A model generated the notes under the pieces. The model had not been told where the DNA came from, did no database searches, and worked only from the letters and a program-made list of their open reading frames with translations. The position numbers and the translations under genes are program-made. A stretch of 64,000 nucleotides of DNA, taken from a virus (Duplodnaviria; Caudoviricetes). The stretch is taken from the IMG/VR virus record IMGVR_UViG_3300008259_002461, one strand, 5' to 3'. How positions within the stretch are numbered: position 1 is the stretch's first letter; each line of letters begins with the position of its first letter. Positions 10,338 through 22,900 of this stretch are shown here, piece after piece.

Positions 10338-13300
10338 TTATTGCATCCCTTCGTCGGGCTGTCTTAAGAACAATATCTGACTCACTATAGTTCCTGATAT
10401 ATTAGTTTGGCGTACAATATCAGGCCCAGTTAGTTGTGGTTCTAAGTATGTTCCGTCAAACGTTACAGGTACTGGTATAACTAGATACTGCTGTAATACA
10501 TTTTCTATTTCACTCTCGCTGCCGCCAAGACCAACCCTACCTGCTACTATTCTGTTAACTTCAAGATTTTCACCACCTACGCTAAGTCTGTTAGCAACAA
10601 ATGTTGCAATAGCTCGTTGTGTAGGTATGATGTTATTAGAATCCGCTGTAAATGTAGGATCTGTTGAAAATTCGTTTACTACAGTGCCAGAGCCGCCTAA
10701 TCTAACACCGCCTAATGCTAATTCTGAAAGACCGTCTAATTCAAAGAATTCTGCACTAATTGTAACAATACCTGTACTTTGTTGAACAGCAAATAATTCG
10801 CCAGTTCTAAAGTTACCGTCTTGGTCAGTTGAAACATAAAATACTCGACCACCGTTTTGTTCAAGTACTTCGTTTTCAGGTGATGCTGTAAAGAAGTTGC
10901 CGCCGGCGTAGATTTCTGGATAATTTGTTTGTTCAAAGTTTCCAGTGCCTATATCTAAGAAATCATGACCTGTAATACGACATTGGCCGTATCTTTCTCT
11001 AAGCGACACTGATGTGCCGTGTTCTAGATCATATTCGTTGCGTAATCTTGGAGACACTGTAAGTCTAACAAGTCTAGTTCCATTACCACTACCGTCATCG
11101 CCTAAGTCTGTAACAATTGCTCCTGTAAATACTCGTAAATCAGTTAAGTTTTCAGTTAGTGGATCTAATATACCAGATATTCGAATTTGTACTCCTGATC
11201 CTGGTACTGTAAGAACTCCTGCAATAATTAACTCGCTATCTTGTGGGATAATGTCCGCATAGCCGTTTCCAGTAATAGTAATTACCGAAGTAGTTGTTCT
11301 ATATCCAGATCCTCTGTTAACAAAATCTGGTTGGCTTAATACTCCATTTCCTATTCTTCCGTCTATCTCAACCGCAGTTGTAAAATTAGGGTCAGTAACA
11401 GTAAAAATTAAAGGTGTATTTTCATCGTACCCACTACCTGGCTCCCAAATTTTCACAGCTCTAAATGATCCTTGTAATACGTCTGCTCTAACTTTTGCGC
11501 GAGCACCAACACGTACATGATTGATACCTCCAGTGCTAGAATTACTTGCTAACACTACCCACTTAGATACTCCGTCTACTTTACCATTGGTTACTGCTGC
11601 CCACCTTTGAGAACTTGATAACGTTCTAGAAGTCCACAGTATTCCGTCTTGAGTAGTTGCACACAACGTAGTTGGATTAACTCCTTCTAATCCTGTAGCA
11701 AAAAATACTCCTTGACTATATTTTAAATTTGTCCAAGTTGTTAAACTAGATAGGCCTGTAAGATCTACTAAAGTAGTCCAGTTAATTCCGTCAAGGCTAA
11801 ACGCTGCATATCCAGCTTCATGTAACACAATAAATCGATTATTGCCGTATTCTATTGCTGCTACATTCCAAAGTAACGATCCTAATCCTACAGTTATTTC
11901 AGGAAGTGCTAGTTCATACCTAGTCCAAGTTGTACCGTTTGTAGATACTGCTACACTCCTGTCGTTGCCTGATACTGCAACAAATTTTCCAGCACCGTAT
12001 GTTACGTGTGTCCATTGACTTACTGTACTATCACCAATTGTATCAGTGTCAGGAATGGTTGCTGTTGTAAATGTTGAACCGTTTGTACTTACTAGAACTG
12101 TGTTAGTATTATCACCTACAATTATAAATTTACCAGCACCGTATGTTATATCTCTCCAACTACCTAGTTGAGGTAAATTTACAGTTGTCCAAGTTTGTCC
12201 CGTTAGTGACACACTTACACGATTTTCGTTATTAGCTAGTGCAATAAATCTATTGTTACCTGATGCAAGTTTTCTATAATCGCCTATAAAACTTAAATTA
12301 ACTTCAGTCCAACTAGTAGCATTGTCACTCCATCTAGCATACTGACTATTTGTCAATGCTACAAATCTATTAGATTTAGCACGCCCAGAACTAGTAAATG
12401 TTTGAATACTATTTGAACTATCATCTGTTACATCAGTTATAGTTACTATTAGATCATTTTCTGGTGTAGTGCCGCCAAATAGTGTACCTGGAAAGGTAAT
12501 ATTATCACCTACACTATACCCTGCTCCAGGATTAACTAGTGTGGGGGAATAACTATCGCCTGCCTTTATTACATTAAATGCAGCAGCTATTGCAGGACCG
12601 TCAAATGTTTCACCTGATCCAGCTTCGTATACTAAACTTAATTGTTCGCCTTGAACAAAACTTGTAGGATCTCCTATACCATCTACTTCAATATACGATG
12701 TAGCGTTTGCACTAACATTAGTTACTTCAAACTCAGTACCACTTAATTTACCTCTAATCGTAAATGGTACCGCAGGGTTAGTTAAAAATATACCAGTAAA
12801 TTGAACTGCTACACTAGATATAACATCCTTAATAGTTACAGAATTATTTTCATTATCTGTCCACAATGCATTACTAGGACCTGTAACATTAGTATATGAC
12901 TGTGTTGTTCCGCCGTACGCTGCATCCACATAAATTCTATTTGTAATTAGATCAAAACTTGTACTTGAAAAATTTGGCGAGTTAACTGTAACCCTTGGTT
13001 CAATTCTATATCGTGTTGTTAAATCTAAACTAGGTTCTATCGCTGTTCCTGGAATAATGTGTTCCCATCCTAATAATCCAGTACTTTCTTGTCTAACTGT
13101 AACTGTTTTACCTACAAATTCAAATCCACTAATATATCCGTACTGACCAGCGCCAGTGCCGCTGGTAATTATGATTCTCATTCCTTCTATTTCTGAAAGA
13201 AACTGCGTAACATCATTTGCTGATAATCTAACTGAACTTGAAGCATCTATTGTTTCTTGTGCAGAACCTTGTCTTATTAAATATCCAGCACCGCCTTCAC

Positions 13301-16211
13301 TTCCTGAATCTTGACTATTAACTAACCTAGCTTCAAACAATGCACCATCTCTAAAATCTGTATATTCAACTGCGGCCGCTGCACCAGCACCAACTATCGT
13401 TGCATTAGCTTGTGAGTATTGTTCACCGGCATTAGAATATTCAAAAGCAAAAATAGTATCACTTACTCCACCAGCAAATGCACTACTTACTTGTGCTTCG
13501 TTATTTCTGTTAAACACAGTTACCTGCTGAGGAATTTCGGTGGCGTCTGCACCGTCAGCTACTGCACCGTATCTGCCATAGCTATTATTGCCGTTGGTTG
13601 CACGAATTATTCCGCCATTTTCTGCAAAATAACCTATTTGACAATAGTATGTGAATACAGATACAAGTTCTGCTCTACCATTATTAGTAATCCATGCACC
13701 AATACCATCTGACAATACTTGAGTAAAGTCATTAGATGTCATTGACCTATTGCCGCCATTGTGTAAAGACCCGTCAACTTTTTGTCCGATACATCCTGTA
13801 CCTATATTTGTAACTCCCTGGATATATGGTGAACGATTTATAATCCATACTCGCTCGTCTGCTGGCCCCCAACCTGGATCTAAACTTACACATGCACCGC
13901 CCGTTGGCTTTTGATATAAATCAAATACTCCAGGAGGATTTAATACTCCTTGCAGTCCTTGCGTTGTCAAGTCTCTTAGGCCTGTAGTATCTCGCATAAA
14001 AAACATACTGTCAAATTGAGAACCTGTAACAGCATTTGCATATCGTCTACCTGCTAATAAAGTTCTGTGATTGCCACTAAATTCTAAATCTTTAGCAATA
14101 CCTCTTAGAAGGGCTCGTACATCATTTTTAACTCTAGTATCGCTAAATGTTACTGTAGGGTATTCAAGTTTAACATAGGCTAGTAGTTCGCTTTCGACAA
14201 AACGTTTATTAATTAGTAATGCGCGACCTGCGTTTGCAATTATTTGTGTTGCATTTGGAACATTTGATCCTACATTCACAGGATCTACTTCACCGTTTGC
14301 TGTTCTAAATAAAATATATGCTTTGTAATCTTCTATTAGATCAACTACCGCAGATGCTCCTGCTACATTTGAATACGGAAAACTATTTACTAATATTGGT
14401 TCACCTGTGATTGGATCAAGCTCTGGAAGTCCTGTTCCTGGATTAATCTGAGGTGTTACTAAAGTGGTAATTTGATCTTCAGTATTACCTTGCGTTGGTG
14501 TGACAGGAACTCCTGTTATTAAATTTAATAATATTGTTATAAAATATTCTAAATAATCATCAACATATTGAAAATCATCTTGATATTCTGCTATTGGTGA
14601 ATTTGCAATGATAGTAGTACTTCTTAGTTCATCACCGTTAACTGCACAACCAGCAGGAACACTTATTGGTGAAATTTCTTCAAATCTACCAGTAGATACT
14701 CTAATAACAACAGGTGTAAGAGGTGGAAAAGTATCTTCAACATAGTCAGCAGCATATCTTACTGTACGAAATGGTTTTTCAAAAGTGCCTCGGCCGTCGT
14801 CATCAACTCCGTTAGTTGCTACAAATATTGTATCACTATCCCCTGCAACGGATCTCCAGTACGCTTCGAGATCAGAAGCTATTGAAAGTACTTGACCTGT
14901 TTCTCCAATTGGAATTCTAGTATCGCCTAGAGTACTTGTGTCTAGACTACTACCGTCTAATGACTCTCCTAAACCTACTGTAGGACGTGATAATCCGTAT
15001 GTTAACAAATCACCAGCTGCTACAAATCCTCCAGGACGTCCAGCCTGTATTAAAATATCCCAGTAATTAAATATGTTTCCGTTGTCGCCTGGAAAATTTT
15101 GATATCCAGATTCGTGTTCAATATTACATACATATGTTGAGCCTAAATGATAAACTGTATCGCCTATGCTATATATTTGATCAGTCGTCCACAATCCTTG
15201 CCATTGTTTACCTGGTACTAATAGTTCCCATGTATCGTTTTCTAAATAGTCTAATGTGCTTCCATCAACTGATTGTCCTGCGCCAATATCTCTAAGTGCG
15301 TTATATAAATTTCCGCCTCTTAAAACAATATCACCTGTCTTATATGCAGCATCGGTATCCCAAGGACCTACAAAATTAGAACTTCTTGCTAACAGAATCC
15401 AGTCTGATGATCCGTTGTCAACATAAGGTCTAGAATTTTGATTATTATTAACAGCATAGTACATAAACCCACGATGGCGGACAACATCACCTACGTTATA
15501 ATAAGTTAGATTAGACCAGTCATCGTTAAATTGTGCTCCAAAAATTTCAATTTGAAATTTTGTAGTGTCTAAATTTGAAGAGTTTGATGAATGTGTTTCT
15601 GTGCAACGAAATACTGTGCCGCCGTATTTTACTAGATCATTTTTTCTATATAATGTATTAGGTAGCCAGTTATTACGAACTTCAATGCCAACATGATATT
15701 CTTCCCAAGAAGCTATATTGTTTTCTAATCTAGTATTAGCTGCATGAGAAGTTATACATTTATATGCTATACCATTGTAACGTACAATTGCTCCCGGAGT
15801 ATATGAAGTTCCGTTAGTCCAATTACCTACATAACTAGAAGTTTGTGCAAACACTGTCCAGTTGTTAAAATTTACTGCAAACGAACTTGCAACATGATTT
15901 ACAACGCAAGTCCATAATGACCCGTTGTATAAGACTATATCGCCTAGATTATATGTAGTTCCTTGCGCCCAATCTCCAACAAAACTACGACCGCTAGTCA
16001 TTACGGTCCAGCGTGGTTGTATTTGTGGTGGTACAGAATTTGGAAGGATAGCTGTTAAATCAGTAGAAAATAAACTGCTAGAAGTATGTGCAACCAGACA
16101 TACATAACTTTTACCGTTTAGTCGTACTACATCGTCTCGATTATATGCTTGTCCGGTATTCCAGGTGCCTCGCCAGTTATACTTAAATCGTTCTAGTTTA
16201 AATTCAGCCAT
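10338..16211 (-). CDS. Giant modular fibre/spike protein (1957 aa), paralogue of 3524..10294
   Basis: MAEFKL start, 7 CBM-like repeats, identical DGIGAWITNNGRAELVSVFTYY segment, Asp-box repeats, shared C-terminal GHDFLDIGTG...DQDGNFR. Confidence 0.8.
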   Translation of the reverse strand: MAEFKLERFKYNWRGTWNTGQAYNRDDVVRLNGKSYVCLVAHTSSSLFSTDLTAILPNSVPPQIQPRWTVMTSGRSFVGDWAQGTTYNLGDIVLYNGSLWTCVVNHVASSFAVNFNNWTVFAQTSSYVGNWTNGTSYTPGAIVRYNGIAYKCITSHAANTRLENNIASWEEYHVGIEVRNNWLPNTLYRKNDLVKYGGTVFRCTETHSSNSSNLDTTKFQIEIFGAQFNDDWSNLTYYNVGDVVRHRGFMYYAVNNNQNSRPYVDNGSSDWILLARSSNFVGPWDTDAAYKTGDIVLRGGNLYNALRDIGAGQSVDGSTLDYLENDTWELLVPGKQWQGLWTTDQIYSIGDTVYHLGSTYVCNIEHESGYQNFPGDNGNIFNYWDILIQAGRPGGFVAAGDLLTYGLSRPTVGLGESLDGSSLDTSTLGDTRIPIGETGQVLSIASDLEAYWRSVAGDSDTIFVATNGVDDDGRGTFEKPFRTVRYAADYVEDTFPPLTPVVIRVSTGRFEEISPISVPAGCAVNGDELRSTTIIANSPIAEYQDDFQYVDDYLEYFITILLNLITGVPVTPTQGNTEDQITTLVTPQINPGTGLPELDPITGEPILVNSFPYSNVAGASAVVDLIEDYKAYILFRTANGEVDPVNVGSNVPNATQIIANAGRALLINKRFVESELLAYVKLEYPTVTFSDTRVKNDVRALLRGIAKDLEFSGNHRTLLAGRRYANAVTGSQFDSMFFMRDTTGLRDLTTQGLQGVLNPPGVFDLYQKPTGGACVSLDPGWGPADERVWIINRSPYIQGVTNIGTGCIGQKVDGSLHNGGNRSMTSNDFTQVLSDGIGAWITNNGRAELVSVFTYYCQIGYFAENGGIIRATNGNNSYGRYGAVADGADATEIPQQVTVFNRNNEAQVSSAFAGGVSDTIFAFEYSNAGEQYSQANATIVGAGAAAAVEYTDFRDGALFEARLVNSQDSGSEGGAGYLIRQGSAQETIDASSSVRLSANDVTQFLSEIEGMRIIITSGTGAGQYGYISGFEFVGKTVTVRQESTGLLGWEHIIPGTAIEPSLDLTTRYRIEPRVTVNSPNFSSTSFDLITNRIYVDAAYGGTTQSYTNVTGPSNALWTDNENNSVTIKDVISSVAVQFTGIFLTNPAVPFTIRGKLSGTEFEVTNVSANATSYIEVDGIGDPTSFVQGEQLSLVYEAGSGETFDGPAIAAAFNVIKAGDSYSPTLVNPGAGYSVGDNITFPGTLFGGTTPENDLIVTITDVTDDSSNSIQTFTSSGRAKSNRFVALTNSQYARWSDNATSWTEVNLSFIGDYRKLASGNNRFIALANNENRVSVSLTGQTWTTVNLPQLGSWRDITYGAGKFIIVGDNTNTVLVSTNGSTFTTATIPDTDTIGDSTVSQWTHVTYGAGKFVAVSGNDRSVAVSTNGTTWTRYELALPEITVGLGSLLWNVAAIEYGNNRFIVLHEAGYAAFSLDGINWTTLVDLTGLSSLTTWTNLKYSQGVFFATGLEGVNPTTLCATTQDGILWTSRTLSSSQRWAAVTNGKVDGVSKWVVLASNSSTGGINHVRVGARAKVRADVLQGSFRAVKIWEPGSGYDENTPLIFTVTDPNFTTAVEIDGRIGNGVLSQPDFVNRGSGYRTTTSVITITGNGYADIIPQDSELIIAGVLTVPGSGVQIRISGILDPLTENLTDLRVFTGAIVTDLGDDGSGNGTRLVRLTVSPRLRNEYDLEHGTSVSLRERYGQCRITGHDFLDIGTGNFEQTNYPEIYAGGNFFTASPENEVLEQNGGRVFYVSTDQDGNFRTGELFAVQQSTGIVTISAEFFELDGLSELALGGVRLGGSGTVVNEFSTDPTFTADSNNIIPTQRAIATFVANRLSVGGENLEVNRIVAGRVGLGGSESEIENVLQQYLVIPVPVTFDGTYLEPQLTGPDIVRQTNISGTIVSQILFLRQPDEGMQ

Positions 16212-16224
16212 TTATAATTGCTCC

Positions 16225-16602
16225 TTAATATCCTGGACCTGACACGTCTGGATACACATATGCTCTTCCTACTACTTGTACAAATTGTCCGTCAACCGGA
16301 TCTACATAATATAACACACTTCTACCATCCCATCTTAGTTGCGGATAACGTAAGTTTGCGTACACACGATCATGATCTGCATCAATACCTTCAAGAAAAT
16401 CAATACCTTCTTCAAAGTCTAAAAAGTTTCCTTCTGCAACACCAATTTCGTTAATAACTACTTCTTGATCTGTTGAAGCGTTCAATTGATCAACTTTGAT
16501 TAGAAATAATTCTCCGTCGTCATTTCTTCTAAGACCGTATAGATATCGTTTAGCAAAACCGCTTATAACGTCTTGCGGGGTAGTGCCTATATAGTAACTC
16601 AT
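16225..16602 (-). CDS. Conserved hypothetical virion-associated protein (125 aa)
   Basis: Tightly packed in the late operon; TAATG coupling; GGAG SD for the downstream gene follows its stop. Confidence 0.75.
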   Translation of the reverse strand: MSYYIGTTPQDVISGFAKRYLYGLRRNDDGELFLIKVDQLNASTDQEVVINEIGVAEGNFLDFEEGIDFLEGIDADHDRVYANLRYPQLRWDGRSVLYYVDPVDGQFVQVVGRAYVYPDVSGPGY

Positions 16603-16931
16603 TATGTAATCTCCACATAGCTTACAATAACATCAACTGAGTCATCTAAGTTTGACGATACTAGTAATCTATTATTAGGTGCTAATACTAATTTTTCACC
16701 TGTTGATACTGCTCGCAAACTAGATCCTGCAGGAAGTATTGAATCTTTTAAATAATAACCAGCCACACTTGTGTCATCTTCTACTAAAACATTTACATAA
16801 ACAAATGTTTCTGTTAAATTAGTAAAACTTAATCCTAACACTGTAACTCTAGTTGTAGGCAGAGTTTCGTATATTAGTACTGGAACAATTCCAACGTTTT
16901 TAATTACAGTATTTTTAAGTATTGTTGCCAT
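16602..16931 (-). CDS. Small (109 aa) beta-rich virion protein, adaptor-like family
   Basis: Paralogous to 3187..3507 and 29085..29441 (LPAGSSL...KLVL, ends SYVEIT). Confidence 0.75.
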   Translation of the reverse strand: MATILKNTVIKNVGIVPVLIYETLPTTRVTVLGLSFTNLTETFVYVNVLVEDDTSVAGYYLKDSILPAGSSLRAVSTGEKLVLAPNNRLLVSSNLDDSVDVIVSYVEIT

Positions 16932-16937
16932 TTGTCT

Positions 16938-19900
16938 TTATCCAAAAATTAAAACTTTTTCAATTGCTATACCTTCTGCATCCGCAAAGCTGATACCACC
17001 GCTTGCGCCTGCTACTGATACCCAAGTTGTTCCATCGTATAATTCAACTCGTTTATCAGAAGTATTATATCTAACCATTCCTGTTACACCTGATGGACGA
17101 GTACTGTTATCTCCAACTGGCAGCACTACTCCGTACGGATCTGTAAATTCAAAATATCCTGTACCAGTAGTTTGTAAAATTGTATTGCTGCCAGAAACTG
17201 TATTTGTTATTCTGTTGTCTTGGAATGCAAAATTTTCAAATCTAACTCTACCGGTACCATTTGCAGAAAGTACTAAATCTGTATTTGGTGTAATAGTACT
17301 TATCACATTTCCATCTACCTGGATAGCATCTACGACTACTTGAGGTGCATTAAGTCTAATGGTGTTTATGTCTACTATGGTATTATTTTGAACAATGAAT
17401 CTTATAGTGTTATCGTTAGCACCTTCTGTTAATTCTGCTGTGACTTTGGTATCGCCGTCAACATCTACTACACCATGTAACTGAATCCAATTTGTACCGT
17501 TATACCCTTCAAATCTTGCCAATTCACTGTTGAACCTAATTTGTCCGGCAACTGCTGCGGGGCGTTGTAATATTGTTCCAGCTGGCAATTTAATAGCACC
17601 TGTACTATCAATTATTACTGATCCACCTGCTGGAGCTATTGTAAAATTGCTTACAGAACTAATAGTTGCATTGTTGATGCTAAAATCATCAATTACTATT
17701 GATCCAGTTCCGTTTGCACGTAACTCTAAATTTGAGTTAGATGTTGTAGTTGTGATAAAGTTATCATCAATTAGTATATCGCCAGTAGTAAAATTATTAG
17801 CAGTAATAGTACCGGTGCTGGTAATGTTACCTGTAGTAATTGTTCCAATAACGGTTAGATCATTTGATATAACAACATCATTATTTGGAATAGAAATTAT
17901 ACCAGTGCCGTTAGCACGTAGTTCTAAATTAGAATTACTATCAGTAGTAGTAATTACGTTTCCGCTAATTTGAATATTTTCAAACTGTGCGCTTGCACTA
18001 ACTGTAACAGTTCCTGTGGTTGCAAAGTTGCCAGTTATATTGATATTACCTGTTTGTGTTACTGCACCTGTGTGAGTAATTGTTCCTATTATGGTTATAT
18101 CTTCTAGATCTGTGTTGCCATTAACTGTTAAATTCTGCTCAATGATAACATTGTTACTAGGTACTACTACTTCGCCTGTTCCGTTAGCACGTAGTTCTAG
18201 ATCTGAATTAGGTGTAGTAGTTATGATAAAATTATCATCAATTAGTATATCGCCTGTACTAAATCTATTAGCAGTAATAGTGCCAGCACTATTGATATCC
18301 CCTACAGTAATTGTACCATCAACAAATAAGTCGTTTGATATAACAACATCATTGTTTGGAACTATTACTTCGCCTGTACCTGCGGCTCTTAGTTCTAAGT
18401 CTGAATTACTATCAGTGGTAGTAATTACATTATTATTAATTTGAATATTTTCAAATTGCGCAGAAGCACTAATTGTTACTGTTCCAGAAATACTATAATC
18501 GCCAGTTAGTGAAATATTTCCAACCTGCGTTACATTACCAGTATGTACAAGTGTGCCTTGAATTGTTGTGTCGTCTAAATCAGTATCGCCATTAACTGTT
18601 AAGTCTTGGCCTAATACAACATCGTTTGTAGGCATAACAACATTGCCTGTGCCATTAGCACGTAATTCTAGATCTGAATTAGAAAGTGTTGTTGTGATTA
18701 TATTGTTATCAATTAATATATTACCAGTGCTGAACTGATTTGCTGTAATTGTTCCTGTTGTAGTTAAATTGTTTGCATTAATATCTGCTACAACAGTTAA
18801 ATCATTTGTTATCTGAACATTGTTGTTAGGAACAAGAATTACACCTGTGCCATTAGCACGTAGTTCTAGATCAGTGTTGGAAGTAGTAGTTGTAATAAAA
18901 TTATTATCAATTCTAATTTCTTCAAACTGTGCATATTCTGCAATAGATAACGAACCGTTTATAGTAACATCACCAATTATGTCATAATTACCTGTTTGTG
19001 TTGTGTTACCATTAACTGTTAAAATGCCGGTTACGTCAACATCGCCTAGAGTAGATTCGCCAATAACTGTAAGTTCGTTATTAATTAATACGTTGTTGTT
19101 AGGAACAAGAATTACACCTGTGCCATTAGCACGTAGTTCTAGATCTGTATTACTTACTGTCGTTGTGATATAGTTATTAGATATAGAAATATTATCTACT
19201 GTTACGTTATTAACAAAAATATTTGACCAACGTAGCGCGGCTGTACCTAAACTGTAAACACTGTCCTGAGCAGGTATAATATCAGAATCAATGCCTGCTA
19301 TAAATTGAATTGTGTCAGTGGGTGCATCACCTATAGTAATGTTTCCGCCAATTGATACATTGCCAGTTACATCAAGGTTGCCTGTAATAGTTACATTATT
19401 GTTTAGATTGATTTCATTTGAAGCTGCAACAATGTTAACATTGCCAGAGAGACTTTCAACAGTGTTTCCACTAATGCGTAGATTGCCTGTGTCAATTCGT
19501 GTACCGTCAATAAAAGTTATATTAGAACCGTCTGTAAATGTTACTCCAGATTCCGATACGTTAAAATTTGAAACAGTCAGTTCAACTGTTCCTGTATCCT
19601 GATTAACATAAAACAAATCACCAACTCTAAAGTCACCTTTGTGGTCTACAGAATTGTAGCGTATTTTAGCACCGTTAGTTTCTACTACTTCGTTGTCTTG
19701 TATTACAGTAATAGGATCATTAGTAACTTCTTTACCGTTGCCAATATATGCTAGATTTTGACCTATAGCATACATTAAAACACCAGGGCCGTCACCAACT
19801 AATCCAAAGTTACCGTATACAGACGCTGATCCAATTAATCTAACTTCTGCTCCAAAGTCTGTAAAATCAGTTAGGGTAATATACTGTGCTGTGGCACCGC

Positions 19901-22900
19901 CTGAGAATCTAATGTCTTGTGCATAAACAACATCATCTTCAAATGTTGTCGAATTGTTTGCACCGTCAAAGCGAGCCATTAAAACTGTGTCAGCGGTAAC
20001 TAATGCACGAGTAGTTGGTGCTGTAAAAGTAGTTGTATAGAGACCAACTCCTTTAATAATTCTTAAATCGTCAATATATCCGCTAAAAGAAGTGAGCCCA
20101 ACAAACGAGGCACCTAATACTAAGGGTTTTGTAGTTCCGTAATCAGTTGTATCAACATAAGTATTAGTTGACACAACTCCATTAATAAAAAATCTAGTTA
20201 CGCCACTAACACGAGAGATAGCAAGATGATTCCAAGCATTAAGTGTATGAGTATTGCTAGATGTTAATACAAACACTCCGTTTACAAATAATCTTAAATT
20301 ATTTGCGGAGTTAGACTGAACCATAATTGAATTCTGAGTCGACGTTGTTCTAGTATCAATTAAAATTTGCGAAAGTGAGGCTGTTTTATAGAACCATCCA
20401 TCGATTGTGAAGTCTCCCGTGCCAAACCCAAAATCTATTGTACTTTGAATACTAGCATAATCTCCTGTGCCGTCTAGGGCAAGACTTGATGTACCAAACT
20501 TTTTAACTGCTGTACTTAGTTTAGCATCTCCGTTGGCTGCGATAGTTTTGCCGCCTCGTTCTGCGGCTGTTTCAAATCCTAACTGTTTGCCGTCAATGAA
20601 TATTTTTCCGGTGCCATCAATACTAGCAATAGCTGCGCTTCCTAAAAGTGTAACACCATCACTGTCGTAGTAACTGATAGTTTGTCCAGTAGTAATTGAC
20701 CCTGCTAATCCGTCTACTCGTATTGCTGTTTCACCCTGGCCTTTAAGACCACTTACTCCATCTACTGCATATAATCCTCTGTTAGCAAAATATGTAAACG
20801 AATTTAACCACTCAACCCTAACGCCGTTGGTCATTACTATAGCGTCAACTCCAGGTGTTATAAATGTACAACTGTGAAATAAACATGCTGCTTCGTTGCT
20901 GAGAATGTTTGCTACTGCACCGTCTAGATATGCGCCTCTACCAGCATTACCTGCGTTAAATCCTCTCGGGTCTTCTAGTGTAGTTACGCTACCTTTGGTA
21001 ATTACACTGATGTTTTTAATGTATGGACTGCGACTAGTTACTGTAAACCCAGGTGCATATTTAAATGCAAATCCGGTTTCTACTGCGCCTGTTAAATTAT
21101 AAATGTATGTTTTACCTGATTCAGTACCGCCGGCATCATCCTCAAGATAGGCGCTAACTACGGCATAGTTACCTGATATTGCAACTGATGCAGCAAAGAA
21201 ATCACCTGCACTTGTACCAAAAGCATTAGGGTTATTAATAGTTTGTATTAGCTGTCCGCTTATAGTACTGAAAATATATGCTTTGCCTGAACCTCCGCCA
21301 CCAGCATCATCTTCTCCGTATGCGCCAACTATAGCATAGTTACCTGATATTGCAACTGACCAGCCAAAGAAATCACTAGCACTTGTACCAAAAGCATTGG
21401 GGTTATTTAGGGTATGTACTAGGGCACCCGTGGTTACATTAAAGATATAGGCTTTGCCTGAATCGCCGCCGGTGCCGCCTGCGTCATCCTCTTGATAGGC
21501 ACCAACTATAGCATAGTTACCTGATATTGCAACATTCCGTCCAAACAAGTCACCAGCACTTGAACTAAAAGGATTTGGATTGTTTAATGTGAATAGTAAT
21601 GCGCCGGTAGTTACATTGTAGATATAGGCTTTGCCTGAATTTCCACCATTGGCGTCATCTTCTAGCCAGGCGGTAACTATAGCATAGTTACCTGATATTC
21701 CTACTGCGATACCAAAGGCATCACTCGCACTTGTACTGTAGGCATTGGGGTTATCTAGGGTATGTACTAGGGCACCCGTGGTTACATTAAAGATATAGGC
21801 TTTGCCTGAATCAGCGCCGCCAATTTGATCTTCTGCATAGGCACCAACTATGGCAAAATTATCTGATATGCTAACTGAAAAACCAAAGCCATCACCTGCA
21901 CTTGTACTGTAGGCATTGGGATTGTTTAATGTGTGTACTAGGGCGCCTGTAGCTACATTAAAGATATAGGCTTTGCCTGAACCTCCGCCACCGGCATCAT
22001 CTTCTGCATTTGCCCCAACTATAGCATAGTTATTTGAGATTGCTACTGCGCCGCCAAAGGTGTCGGCGCCACTTGTACTGTAGGCATTAGGATTATTTAA
22101 TGTATGTACTAAAGCCCCAGTTGTTGCATTAAAAATATAGGCTTTGCCTGATTCAGTGCCGCCTGCGTCATCTTCTTGCAAAGCGCCGACTATAACATAA
22201 TTACCTGATACAGCAACTGGGTAACCAAAGAAATCATTAAGACTTGTACCAAAGGGAGTTGGATTGTTAATTACACTAGATAACGTGATTTCTGCTGTTG
22301 AGCTACTATAAAAGTCAGCTATTGTTATATCTTCAACTGTTGTTTCGCCGTTTAGTAAAAATGCATCATTAAATTGTGTACCTACAGTAGGAACAATTTT
22401 TACTGAACGTAGGCCTTGGCCTTTAACTGTTACACCTACTGGTATTGTTAAAGGAAATATTTCTGTGTATACACCAGGATAGATATGTACTGTGTCGCCT
22501 GTTGTAGCTACGCTAAGTGCATGCTTCACTGACGCAAAAGGCGCTTGAGGATGATCACCAGGTGATGCGTTGTTGCCGTTTTCTGCAACATAATAAATAT
22601 TACCTTGGCGCAATACTAAATCAATTCCAGCAACTGACAGGTCTGTTGAATTAATAGTTGATGCTACTAGATTATTAACATAAACATCTTGCCAGCGTTT
22701 GCTGGTAGTACCTAGGTCATATGTTACATTTACGTCTGGAATTATATCAGATGCAACTTCAGCATTAAATACTACATTGTCAGTGTCTGCATCACCGATC
22801 GTTACGGTTCCGTCTGCACTAATATTTCCAGTTGCATGAATATTTCCAGTAACATTCATGTTTGCATAAACATGTACTTCGCCGGTTCCGTTTGGACGTA

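Noticed and set aside
21090-22275. CRISPR array or DGR template/variable repeat pair
   Set aside because: The repeats are in-frame protein blades with codon-multiple periods. Differences are not adenine-specific, and no cas or reverse transcriptase gene lies in the window.
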